Positions 12,677-25,000 of a stretch of DNA of 64,000 nucleotides are shown here, in pieces. The notes under the pieces were generated by a model. It was given only the letters and a program-made list of their open reading frames with translations. It did not search any database and had not been told where the DNA came from. The position numbers were made by a program, and so were the translations under genes. Source of the DNA: Azolla caroliniana (Eukaryota > Plantae > Polypodiophyta). The stretch covers positions 23,188,001 through 23,252,000 of the forward strand of contig JBHGNT010000006.1 of NCBI GenBank assembly GCA_043228905.1, given 5' to 3'. Numbering within the stretch: the first letter of the stretch is position 1; the number at the start of each line of letters is the position of its first letter.

Positions 12677-14461
12677 ATGGAAGAGTGGTGGTCATTATGG
12701 GCACTCCTATTTCTGGGCATCCTGGGATGGGTGCTCATATTGCAGTATGTCCACCAAACCAGCCTTCTAAGCAGCATATGGAAGATGAAGAGGAGGACCA
12801 GTCCTGAGCTCCTCCATATACCTCCTCTTCCATCACCTCCAGGGCGCTTACCTCTCCTAGGACATCTACACCACTTACTTTTGTCCGGAAAACATCTACA
12901 CCTATGGCTCCATCACCTGTCCACACAATATGGCCCCATCCTCTCCCTCCAATTGGGCTCTATCCCCTTCCTCCTAGTCTCGTCTCCCGACATGGCCCGC
13001 CTCGTCTTGCATACCCATGACCTTACATTCGCCTCACGCCCCTATTCTTCGACATCGGCCCGATTTACCTACAACTGCAGTAGCCTTGCCCACACGCCAT
13101 ATGGCCCGTATTGGCGCAAGGTAAACGTAAAAAATTCACATTAGTATAAGATCTTGATCTCTTTTTTAGATACTCACTACACAGAAAATTGGACAATTTG
13201 TTTCCAATCTCATTGCAGGTTAAGGAGTTGTACATGACTAAGCTTTTCAATATGCAAAGATTGCAATACTTCAAGGCGAATAGAAGTGAGGAGATGGTGG
13301 GTCTTATTCGGTCCGTGTGGCTGGATGTCGCGAATGCTCAAAACATGCGCACAAAGTTACAAGTGTGGGCCTGCAACCTAATCACGAGAATGACAATAGG
13401 GAAGAACCTCAATGACATTTCTATGATCACAAAAGTGCATGGCTCAGTGCTTCTCGAGGCTATTTGCGAATCAATGGTCCTCATAGGCAGCCCTAATTTG
13501 AGTGAGTTTCTGCCGTTTTTAAGGTTTTTAGACATACAACATCTCGAACGACGGACCAATGAATCATTTGAAAAGATCGACACCATATTTCAAAGAGTAA
13601 TTGACGATCGTCGAGATTCTTCCACGAATATCAGCCATCATAGTTCTCAAAATGATTTTCTCGACACTCTACTGTCCTATGAAGGAGATAAGGAGATTAG
13701 TTCGGAAGATGATATAATCAAAGCCATATTATGGGTAACTAACTATGTATATGGATTTCCTTTATTTCTTGTGTTTTCGTCATTTCAATTCATGGAATTC
13801 TGATGGTAATATATCTAAATGGTAGGACATGTTTGCCGGAGGAATGGAAACATCCAGTGTAGTTGTGGAGTGGGGATTAGCGGAACTAATGCGACACAAA
13901 GAAGTAACAAGGAGATTACAAGACGAGCTGGATCGTGTCATTGGAAAGGATAGGCTGATGAGTGAAGAAGACATATCCAATCTTCCATACCTCCAAGCAA
14001 CTGTGAAGGAGATAATGAGGGTGCATCCTGTAGGACCATTGTTAATCCCCCATGAATCAACACAGGCATGTGAAGTTGCTGGATTCTATGTGCCAGAGAA
14101 GACCAGATTACTTGTGAACATTTGGTCTCTCTCAATGGACCCCAGCTCTTGGGAGGAGCCGCAGGAGTTTCGGCCCCAACGATTTCTGAATTCGGACATA
14201 GATGTGAAAGGTCACCATTTCCAACTGTTGCCATTTGGGGCGGGCCGGCGAGCCTGCCCTGCCATGAATCTTGGCCTCCTCAATGTCCACCTCATCTTAG
14301 GTTCCTTGGTTCATTCCTTCGAATGGACATTACCCGTGGGAATCCAAGAAGTAGATATCAGCGAAGAATTTGGCTTGTCACTCCATAAATCTAATCCTTT
14401 GGTTTTGGTGGCATCACCAAGGTTATCTAAGGATGCATATGTATCCCCAACAAATCTTTAG
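12677..14461 (+). CDS. Cytochrome P450, CYP71 clan (A-type), 3 exons: 12677-13120, 13219-13734, 13826-14461 (~531 aa)
   Basis: N-terminal membrane anchor, PPLPSPPGRLPLLGHL, YGPYWRK, I-helix AGGMETS, KEIMR, PQRF, heme motif PFGAGRRACPA; GT-AG introns join all exons in phase 0 with no stops. Confidence 0.95.
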
Positions 14462-14899
14462 ACGCCATGTCTATGTATATGTATCAAAATGTGTTCTAGT
14501 TAGAGGACTTAGATTCGAGGGTGTAGACGAAAGTGAAACTACCGAACAACATGTTATTGTGAAGCTTTATTACAATTCTTGTGTCTCTAGTAAATCGTCA
14601 CACATACAATGTTAGATTACAACTTACAAGGTACTTCTAAAGAAGATAATCCACGCCTAGGAGGGTGCTTCTCTTTGTTTCGAATTATTGTCTAGTTAAT
14701 AAAAAATGGTATAGCTTTAGCACACTACTACATAAAGTACTTGAAAAGTAATGTTGTAGTTTTATCAAATAACGTGTAAGTGATTCTAAACATTGCAAAA
14801 CTTGCGCGATGATAAGTTTAAAAGCCTTGATCATATGACAACATATACCACATGCATATCCTAATTTGAAGCTCTTCTTGTGTAGTATTTTCCATCTTG

Positions 14900-15622
14900 G
14901 ACTCATTGAAATAATTGCTTTATAATCTCCTTTTTTGGATCTCTCTGTACCTTGATATTGAGAAGACTTTTCAACTCTTGATGTAGGTGTATGCGAAATT
15001 ATCCATCAATCATCATGCCACCTTGTTATAAGAATGAACACAAAAGTGCACATTGCTAAATTAACCTATATAATACATCTCATATGACCTTGTCGTTATC
15101 AGTAGGAGAAGAAAAAGTGTACATGTGGTGTTAGTCTTTGGAGAGATATAAGGAGTAGCTAATGTGGTTCCATTGATGCTTCATTCAAAGTTAGTAGGTT
15201 GAATTATCTAGATCTCTTTCGGGTACGCATATCCAATACAACCAAGCTTCTTACAAAAGGCAAAGAGAGCTTGTGCTTTGATGAGCTAATCTTCCTTCTC
15301 TTACAAAAATCAAAATCTCTAGCAAATTGGAACCTTCTTAATAGTGGTGATCAAGCTTTTATTACCTCTTCCAAGTCGAAAAGGTCCACGAGGAGAAAAA
15401 ACAAAAAACATTCTACCTAAGGGAAATGATGCATCAACCACCCATGATGAGAAGAACAAGAAAAGGTACAATTATTGTCATAAACAAGGACATGACATTA
15501 GTTAATATTGAAAGAGAAAAGCTAATGGAGAGCTCGGTCTTAGTGTCACCACCACCACTTGTAAGAAGAAAGAAGCACACATTGCTCAACATGAAAAGAC
15601 CTTCCCCGTATACATGATGTAT
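14900..15622 (+). mobile_element. Old degenerate copia gag, left part (host of the DNA transposon)
   Basis: LCFDELIFLLLQ..QAF gag-like remnants; continues beyond 35017 into protease and integrase remnants; left boundary approximate. Confidence 0.55.
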
Positions 15623-15658
15623 AACACGTTCGCGTTCACAAGTGGAAGGATCGCGCAT
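15623..15658 (+). repeat. Left TIR of copy 1
   Basis: AACACGTTCGCGTTCACAAGTGGAAGGATCGCGCAT. Confidence 0.95.
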
Positions 15659-15980
15659 AAATGGAAGGATAAGGGAAATTTTAGGGCTTTTTCAATGATT
15701 TTACAAAACACATTGATACCAGTATCATACATGTTCAAACATACTATGAAAAAGGTTAAAAATCCACTATTTTCGTGATTTAGAAGTAACTAAAAAAAGA
15801 CGAATTTCAAAAAGATACATTCTCAATTTATATCACAAACTTTACAACCAATGTTATTTTATAAGAAACGATTTTTTAGAAATCATAAGAATTCAAAACA
15901 CATACTTTTATATTACTCGATTTGTTACAAGCGGAATGTAGTTACACTTAATAGCCAAATATACATTCATGATCACTCCT

Positions 15981-18078
15981 TTACGGAGAATCACTACTAT
16001 AACTAATATACAATGACGATTCCTCCTCATCATCCTCGGATGTACCAATCAGTGCATTATCTTTGTCATGAACCAAATGGTTTGACTCTAGATTATATGT
16101 AGCAGATCTCGTTTGCCTTTGACTCGAGCCACCTTGTAGACCTGGTAATTTTTCTTTTATTATATCTATTGTTGACTTCCTTAATCATCCGGCTTTTGTA
16201 AGTGTGAAGTCGTACACGATGATATCCACATCAGAGTTATCAAGGGTCGAGGTGTTACGAATGTTTCGCTTCCTCTTCCTACCTCCCCTTCTTGTTGGGC
16301 ATTCAATCATCTCCAATGTATACTTACCTGTAAAAGCATTTGCACTTCTAGTGTTGTACCAATGAACATTTATAGACTTGATCGTGTTTTCTATTTCATG
16401 CATTAGCACTTCTAGAATTTTACCAACCCAAAATTGGTGGCCATGTGAGTTCGCATCAGCCGGCGTTGCAATCAACATCCCCGCGGTGAGCTCTTGCAAA
16501 TTGCCTTCCCATCTAGCTTCGGCTGCTTTGGTCATCCTTGGTCCCACATAAATGTCTCTTTGTTGTGGATGGACTAAGTTGTCATTAATCGCATTTACTA
16601 GTTGCTCCGGAGTTCTATTTACGTGATCATGTTGCAGTGACCATGTGAATGGCGTTTCCAAATTCCAATTATCAACAGATACACAATTGTCTATAATTTC
16701 TTTCTGATCACTATAAAATACATCCCACCATGACGTGTCTTGTTGTGCGGCATATTTCTTGGCGGCCTCAATATGCTTTCTTTTTTCTTCTAAGGCTTGG
16801 AGCCATGACCGTTTTTGTTCTGATACCAAGTCGCTCTGCAACTGTCTTTTCTTCTCAATTGGCATTTGCTTAGCTCCATGGACAATTGTACTTGGCATAC
16901 AAAGTAATAACTGGCAACCACCTTCAGGTTCCCATGTTGTAGAAGATGAATATTGTTTAGCATACAAAAGTGTAGAACCACTTATTCCATTTTTCTTTAT
17001 CATAAAAATGTGATTGAAACTTATATTGTTTAACTGAGCAAGGACTTTAACATTCCCACCACCCCCATCTAATATATATCTCTTAAAGTCATATACCTCC
17101 TTCAAGTGTAACACTTCTGGGCGTGGTGTATATGCATCACAAATGACATCAAATAGTTTAGGTAAAGTGAAAGCATCATGCCGAGACAACTGTCTAGAGA
17201 ATGTGCTAAACATCTGATCTATATGGTCATGTGTGTGGCCAACCAAAAGGAAATTGACTTTCACTTTCCTAAACAATTCTAGGTTGACCAACATACTTAG
17301 ATAGCCAAATACAGTTGAATTTTTTTTCTCTCTAGCAGTATTGTCCAATTGAATATATAGAACAGGGGGGAAAGGTTGGCCCCAAGACATCAAAACTCGG
17401 TGAATCACTGTAACTGTTAGGTTAGGGTCATTGTGAACATTGGGGTAAGTAATGAAGACGTGAGGTCAAACAGACCTATTATAAGCCAAGCATCCCACCA
17501 AGTGCATTTGAACAAGGCACTCATCATTGACATCTTTGGGGAGCCTCTGCATATGCGGCAAGCATGTCTTCTTCTGTTCCATGCCATCTATCATTAAGCA
17601 CATGTATTGTTCGGGCCTCTTCAAACACTTCTCTCTATGATGCATCGCCTTCTTTCGTGGGCCTCTGATGTCACCAAGCTAAATCTAGCCAGACGAATTC
17701 TTCGTGGGATTCTTCTAATATGCATAGGGCTCCCAGATTTCTCTTCCTGCATAGAGGTTGGTGTAACCTTTTACAATCTAATTCTCTGTTGTGACCATCG
17801 CCAATGTTATTCAATGTTTCCTGGGCACTACCTTCATTCTCTGTATCTTTATTAATATCGTATTCTTCAATAGAGAACTCTTCACATGTGTCATTATTTA
17901 CATTCCCTGTAGATGAGCTCAGACAATATTCTTCGATAGAATATGGTGAGTCGGTCGACAGACAATATTCTTCAATCGAATATGGTGACTCTGTTGACAA
18001 ACAATACTCTTCAGTAGAAAACGACGAGTCTGATGACAAACAATATTCTTCAATCGAGAACAGTGAATCTTCACTCAT
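15981..18078 (-). pseudogene. DDD transposase (Sola-like, DUF7869-like RNase H fold), decayed
   Basis: CLMIDGMEQKKTCLPH, LYIQLDNTAREKKN and NFLLVGHTHDHIDQMFS motifs; in-frame TGA stops at ~17466 and 16185; apparent internal deletion or frame break near 17660; N-terminal 13-aa repeats. Confidence 0.85.
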
Positions 18079-18761
18079 GGCTTAAGGTCTAGATAAGGCT
18101 CTGTAAGTTATGTGCTTAGGGTAAGGAAAAAAACTAATAAGCTCCTCTCTAAACATAAACTTCTCTCTAAACAAAAGCCAAATCAATAGAATGTCTATAT
18201 TATGTAATATTCTATTAATACAATACATAAAAAATTTATTTTTAATAAAGTAATTGTACTTAAAATATCAATTATTATATAAACTACATCTATATGAAGT
18301 TAAATCAAGTATAATATAAATCTAATCATTAACAAGCCATGAATATGTTGGATTAATGTTAAAATCATTGGCTAATTAATGGCACCCATTTTGATATAGA
18401 ACCTCTCACTCATTGGTTCTTTAATGCTCACCATTTTAAATATTAGACTTATCAATCATTGGTTAATTCATGCCAACATCTTTAATACACAGCATTTGAG
18501 AGTCATAAAAATTGTTGCTTTTAGTAATCAATCATTGGTACATTCATGAACCTCTATCATTGTCTCCTTCATAACCTTTGAAGTCATTGCAGGTTGTTAT
18601 GACTATAAAAGATTGATCAATATGTTAGTTTGACTTTGTAATTATTAATGCAATCATAAGTTACTATAGTTAATGTGACTGTGGTTACCAACTAACTATC
18701 CTCAAACTTACCAACCTTGGTTAAGGTGACTATGGTTACTTTAACCAATGTGGTCAATCCC

Positions 18762-18769
18762 TATAAATA
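18762..18769 (+). promoter_or_regulatory. TATA box of the ParB-MTase gene (divergent promoter region 18079-18912)
   Basis: TATAAATA with CCAAT at ~18745, about 150 bp upstream of ATG 18913, in an AT-rich spacer between the two divergent genes. Confidence 0.6.
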
Positions 18770-18952
18770 GGAAGACCTCGTCATATTTCACTCACAAGAG
18801 CGTACAGAGCGTACAAAGCACACAGAACGTACAGAGCACACAGAGCACACAAAGCACACAAAGCACAAAGCACCAAAGCGCGATCTCCGCCTCCACTGCC
18901 ACATGATCAACCATGTCTTCAAAGAGAATCGAGCGCGAGGACTCCAGGTAGG

Positions 18953-19078
18953 CCTCTGATACGGCATATCGAGTTCATAATTTGTTTTTGCTTTTTAAAC
19001 AGGAACTCGATATGGCGTATCGAGTTCATGTTTGATTATCTAATTACGCACAGGAACTCGATACGCCGTATCGAGTTC
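18953..19078. repeat. Three 23-bp palindromes (AACTCGATAC-NNN-GTATCGAGTT) at 51-bp period in intron 1
   Basis: Units end at 18975, 19026 and 19077; first unit degenerate. Confidence 0.9.
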
Positions 19079-22000
19079 TGTAGAAAGTAGCGTGTGGAAG
19101 CAAGTATGAAGACAGAACAGAGGAAGGAAACTCGGGTTCAATGGAGAGCTTAGGCTTACACGGTATACGCGGGAGAGACAGAGAGAGAAACACAACAAAT
19201 ACTATATTCAATAATAGTGCTCAGTCTGTACATAAGACGTGCTCAGTGAACACTTTTATACAAGTCCTGGAAGGACTGACCGAAGTACTGACAGTACTTC
19301 AATGCTCATTAAGAGCTCCTACACTAACTCCCAAATATATTCCTCACGGAATATCTTTCCTAACGACCTCCCGGTTTACGCACTCGGCCTAACTGATCGG
19401 TCCCAGCCGATCCAGTCCTCGACTTCTTTAGCCGATCTGGCCGATGTTGAGCTTGTCTCTCAACACTCCCCCTCAAGCTCAACTTGAGGCTCTTCGGGAT
19501 CTTCACAGCACCGGTTCCTCCTGGCTTCTCGCCTCGCTCGCGCTCCTCGACCTGTTCGACTCCGCGCGCTTTGACCCTTCCGGTTGGCTTGTCTCCTCAT
19601 GTGGCCCTCATCAGCTCTTCTGTTGTTGCGGTGTTGACGCTTCTTCTGCTGCCTTTTCTTCCGCTTGGGCCTCGGTTGATTCAGCCTGTCTGAATCAAAC
19701 ATCTGAACCGACTCGACTACCTCCGATCGGTTTTCGCTCTCGTCCGAGTTGGCTGTCTCCAACTCGTCTTCGGTTTTCTCGCCCTCAATGGCGTCATCTC
19801 CCCTATCCGTGGTTGGCTTCGACTCTCTCCTTCGGCTGCTCCCCTTCTGTCCTCTTCCGAACTTTTCCGCGGGTCCGCCCTCGGCTTCTTCAACCGATCC
19901 GAAGTCGCCCTCGGCTTCTTCAGCCGATCCGTCTTCAACCGAGTCAACAAACGAGTCAACCGACTCGGTGTCATGGTCACCGCTCCTTTCCTGCTGCCTT
20001 GCTTGGTCGTTCGGGACTGTTCTCCCCCTCAAGTTCGGCACGTCAAGGTGACGCAACCCGAGCGCACCCGAGAATTGCCGCAACTTGTCCAGACCAAGAG
20101 GCTTGGTGAAGATGTCGGCAGATTGCCGATCCATCGGAACGTACTGAAGTTCGACTTCACCGGAAAGGACACGCTCACGGACGAAGTGGTAGTGCACCTC
20201 AATGTGCTTGGTTCATGCATGGAAAACGGGGTTTTTCGCAAGTTGGATGTTGCTGAGGTTGTCGCAGTAGATCGTCGTCGGATCTGACACCTCCTCTTGC
20301 AAGTCCTTAAGTAGTCGCTTCAACCATATGGCTTCGCATGTCGCGACAGCCGCTCCTCGGTACTCAGCTTCGGTGCTTGACAGTGCAACTGTCCGCTGCT
20401 TCTTACTGCTCCACGCGATCGCGGCACTCCCGAGGGAGAACGCGTATCCAGATGTGGATCGGCGATCTGCGGCATTGCCAGCCCAATCAGCATCGGTGTA
20501 GCCGACTAATTGCGCGGCTGCACCGGTCCAATATAGCAGTCCTCGGTCCTTAGTGCCACTTACGTACCGCAGTATGCGTTGCGCACACTGAAGGTGCTCC
20601 TCGGTAGGTCGCGCCATGAACTGACTGATCACCCCAACCGGATAACTGAGGTCGGGTCGGGTGATGGTCAAGTATATGAGGCTTCGGACAATTTGTCAGA
20701 ATCTCGTCGGGTCGCATACCTTTCCCGTATCGGGACGAAGCTTGATGGTTCTGTCCAGAGGAGTCAGACGGACTTACAGTCGGCCTTCCCGAATTTGAAG
20801 AGCATACTCAGCACGTAATGACGTTGGCTGATCAATATGCCTTCGGGGGTATAGATCACTTCGATCCCGAGGAAGTAATGAAGGTCCCCCAGATCCTTCA
20901 TGTCGAACGATGCCGCAAGCTGGAGCTTCACGCGGTCGATTTCACCTAGGTCGGCGCCGGTGATGACCAAGTCATCAACATACAGTAAAATACTAACCGG
21001 TCCGAGTCGACCTTTCCGGATGAACAGGGAAGAGTCCGATTTTGACGTGACGAAGCCCAACCGACGCAGTTGTTGCGTGATCTTCGCGTTCCAGGCACAA
21101 GGGGCTTGCTTCAGTCCGTAAAGGGACTTCTTCAGTTGGCATACTGCCGAGGACTGAAATCCGGGGGGCTGTACCATGTACACCTGTTCCTCAAGGTCAC
21201 CTTGCAGGAACGCATTCTTTACATCCATCTGATGTAAATGCCACCCCTTCGCCGCAGCTACTGCGAGCAAAACACGGACGGTCGTCATTTTCGCGACCGG
21301 CGCAAACGTCTCATCGTAGTCGATGCCGTGCTTCTGCGCGTAGCCCTTTGCCACTAGCCGAGCCTTGTACCGGTTGACCGAGCCATCGGTGTTGTACTTG
21401 ACTTTGTACACCCATCTACACCCGATCGGCTTCACACCCTTCGGTGCGTCAACCAGGTCCCAGGTATCGTTCTCCGCCAATGCGTGCATCGCTTCCTCCA
21501 TCGCGGCACGCCAATTTGCGTCTTCCGTCGCGTCTGCGTAGATCTCCGGCTCACGCACTTCCGCTACACGGGTGATGTATGCATAATGATGCGCCATGTA
21601 CTCGTTGTATCCGAACCGCACAACTGGGTTCTTTTGGCGGGTAGATCGGCGTAATCTCACATTAGCTGATGTCGAGGCTTTAAAGACCCGTCACCGATTT
21701 CCTCGGAGTCGGACTCACGTCGGTTTGACTCGTTCCTTTCCGTGCCGGAATCCGACACCTTCTCTTCCCTTTCTCTTTGCGCGTAAGCCGTCTCCTCGGC
21801 TTCCTACGCGGGGAATGCACGGCCGAGTCTCCACTACTCGCCAGCTCTTCATCGGACTGGTCGTACCGACTCAGTCATCCAATCGGTCCACTTAACCGGA
21901 GTGAAATCGGAGTTTCTTCGCGGGTCTCGATTTCGGGCTCATCCAGAGGCATCTCGGCCTCGCTGACCTCATCGTCAGGTCTCGTATTGGAGTCGGGGTT

Positions 22001-25000
22001 CCGAGGCGAGGGCAGGTACCAGGACGCGGACTCGTCAAACACAACGTCGCGGCTGACACGCGCTTGTTTGGTGCGAGGGTTATAGCACTTATAACCCTTC
22101 TGCTCGTCCGAGTAACCGACCAAGATGCACTTCTCGGCCTTTGCATCCAGCTTCCTCCTTTTCTCCTTCGGTACATGCATGTACGCAATGCTACCGAACA
22201 CCCTCAAGTGTCGCAAGTTCGGCTTCGTTCCGAAATATAGCTCATGCGCCGACACTTTGTCTCCAATCCGGTTCTGGATGTATACCGTGGTCCTTACCGC
22301 CTCGGCCCAGTAGAACTTGGGCAAGCTCTTCTCCTCCAGCATTGCCCGTGCCGCTTCCACAATCGACCGATTCTTCCTCTCGGCCACACCGTTCTGCTCT
22401 GGCGTGTATCTACAACTGAATTCGCATCGAATTCCCATTTGTTGTAGATAACCGTTGAATTGACCGGAAAAGTATTCTTTCCCGCCATCCGACCGCAAGC
22501 ACTTGATCTTTCGTCCCGTTTCGGCTTCCACGAACCCTTTGAGGTCCCGGCACACGTGGATCTACCTCTCAATGAGGTAGATCCACGTGTGCCGCGTGTG
22601 GTCGTCGATGAAGGAGACGAAATATCGGCTCCCGCCAAGACTAACGTTTTGTGCCGGCCCCCATACATCGGAGTGTATAAGGTCGAGCTTGTTCCGGCTC
22701 CGGTTTCGCTCGTTGGGGAAGGGAAGTCGGTGTTGCTTCCCGAGCTGGCAAGCTTCACAAATTTGTGCCTTTTGGCCACTAAATTTGGGCAAACCGAACA
22801 ATACTTGTTTCGTTTGCAGATCTTGAAGCCGTTGGTGGTTGACGTGGCCTATCCGCTTGTGCCACAAGTCGATGTCCGACTCGGTCTTTTGTCCCTTCAC
22901 GAACATTGCGGTGCCGCCGTCAGTGGAGTCGAGGATGAACATCCTCCCGTCTGTACGCCCTTGCGCAATCACATGGCCTTCTTCCTCAATGAAGCACCCG
23001 AGGTGTGTAAACCGAACCTCCATCCCTTCGTCGACGATTTGTCCGACCGAGACCAAGTTCTTCGTGATTGTCGGAACGTGCAGCACGTTCTTGAGTTTCC
23101 CTTTCTTCCCGACATGTCTAAGGGGAACTTCTCCGACATTCGCGATCGGATGCGGAGTGTCGTCTCCTATTGCGACTACTCCCGATTGTATCGGTTTTTC
23201 CAGGTACGAGAACCACTCCTTATGGCTCGTCATATGGTTTGACGCGCCGGAGTCTACGTACCACACCTCGTCCGATCTCGGGGTGCTCTGTTTCATTGAG
23301 TTTGCTTCGTGTCTCGTCACGAAGACAGACCCTTCTCCGGCTCTCCCGGAGTCTTCGGCGTAGTGCGATCACTGCCGATTTCCCTTGTCGGTATGTCTGG
23401 AGCCGTTCCCGGAACCAGTTCTCTTCGAATCGGCGCGCTTCTTCCAGCACTCACTTTCCCTATGGCCTTTCTTGCCACAGTACCAACACTCCGCGATGGA
23501 CTTCCCTTGCGGTTCTCATCGCTTCGACTCCCCCTGTTTCCGGAGGGTCCGGAGTTGCTGTTGGCATCACTTCGGTGCCTTCATTCTTGATCTCGTCGGC
23601 CGCCTCCATTGCGTGCTAACTCGCCTCGTCCGCCATGACCACGGGGCCTTTCTCCCTCCGTGTACAACATTCTGCTGTCGGTGTGCATGCTTATAGACGC
23701 ACCCGGGTGGTTCTCCTCTACCAGGAGCATCGACTGTAAGTCGAAAAAGGACGGCGTATTCTCCCGGGTACCCACGTGTTGGGAAACAGGTCCCTCCGGT
23801 TGGGAAACCGTATGAGGAGGACCCGGCTACGGAGAGCCGGATGGTGCAGGCCCGGTATGAACCGGATGAGGAGTACCCGGCTACGGAGAGCCGGATGGTG
23901 CAGGCCCGGTATGAACCGGATGAGGAGTACCCGGCTACGGAGAGCCGAATGGTGCAGGCCTGGTATGAACCGGATGAGGAGTACCCGGCTACGGAGAACC
24001 GGATGAAGAGACATATTTGTAAATATGTTTCTGAGAGCCCATCGAGGCTACATTTGTAAATAGCCGAAAAGTCATATTAGTATAAATATGACTTAGGGCA
24101 AACTTTTAGTTGTTGTTGTCATTCTTCCTTGTTGGTGCAAGAAGAAACGAGAGTGCGTAACGTTGTACAGATAGAGAGAGAGAGAAAGAGGTCGTTGCCT
24201 CTATTGTAACCGCTGCTTGTGGCGAAGAGCGTGAGTCCGAGGTCGTTGCCCCTGTGAACTCACTCTCTTGTACATTCATACATAGTGACAGTTTGCAGCC
24301 TGTGGGCTGCCGTGGTTTTTCCCCTAGTTTGGGGTTTTCCACGTAAACCTCCTGTGTACCATTTCTCTTCTCTGTGTCGCGTTTCATTACCTGTTTTCTG
24401 TGTATGAAAAGAATCTCGGTTGTGGCCGAGTCTTGCGCATAAGGAACGTCAAGTTCCTGTCAAGTGGTATCAGAGCAAAATCGACACAGAAAATGGACGA
24501 ATCATTTGGCGGCATGTTCAAGCTCACCGGCTCCAACTATTCAGTATGGAAGTCGAAGATGAGGGACATGCTCGTTGTTAAAGACCCCTGGCTGCCGGTT
24601 CAGTTCGGGGACAAGAGACCGGACAAAATCGACGCCGCGATATGGGAGGTGATGCACATGAAGAGAACGGCGTACATACGGTGCTTCATCGACATGAGCC
24701 TGTACAACAACTTCAATGAAGAAAGCAAGGCTCATGAGCTCTGGGAGAAGATCGGCATAATGTTTCAAAACAAAAATGTTGTTAATCAGGTTTCGGTATT
24801 CCGGAAGCTAGTAAGACTCCGGTACCAAGATGGCTCCAGCATGGCGGAGCATATGAATGCCTTCCAGGGGCTGATAGACCAGGCAACGTCATTGGAAGTA
24901 CCTCTTGCCGATGAGGTACTAGCGCTACTCCTGCTCGGTTCCCTCCCGGATAGCTGGGAGACGTTGGTTGTCACTTTGGGCAACGCCGGGCCGGAAGGAA

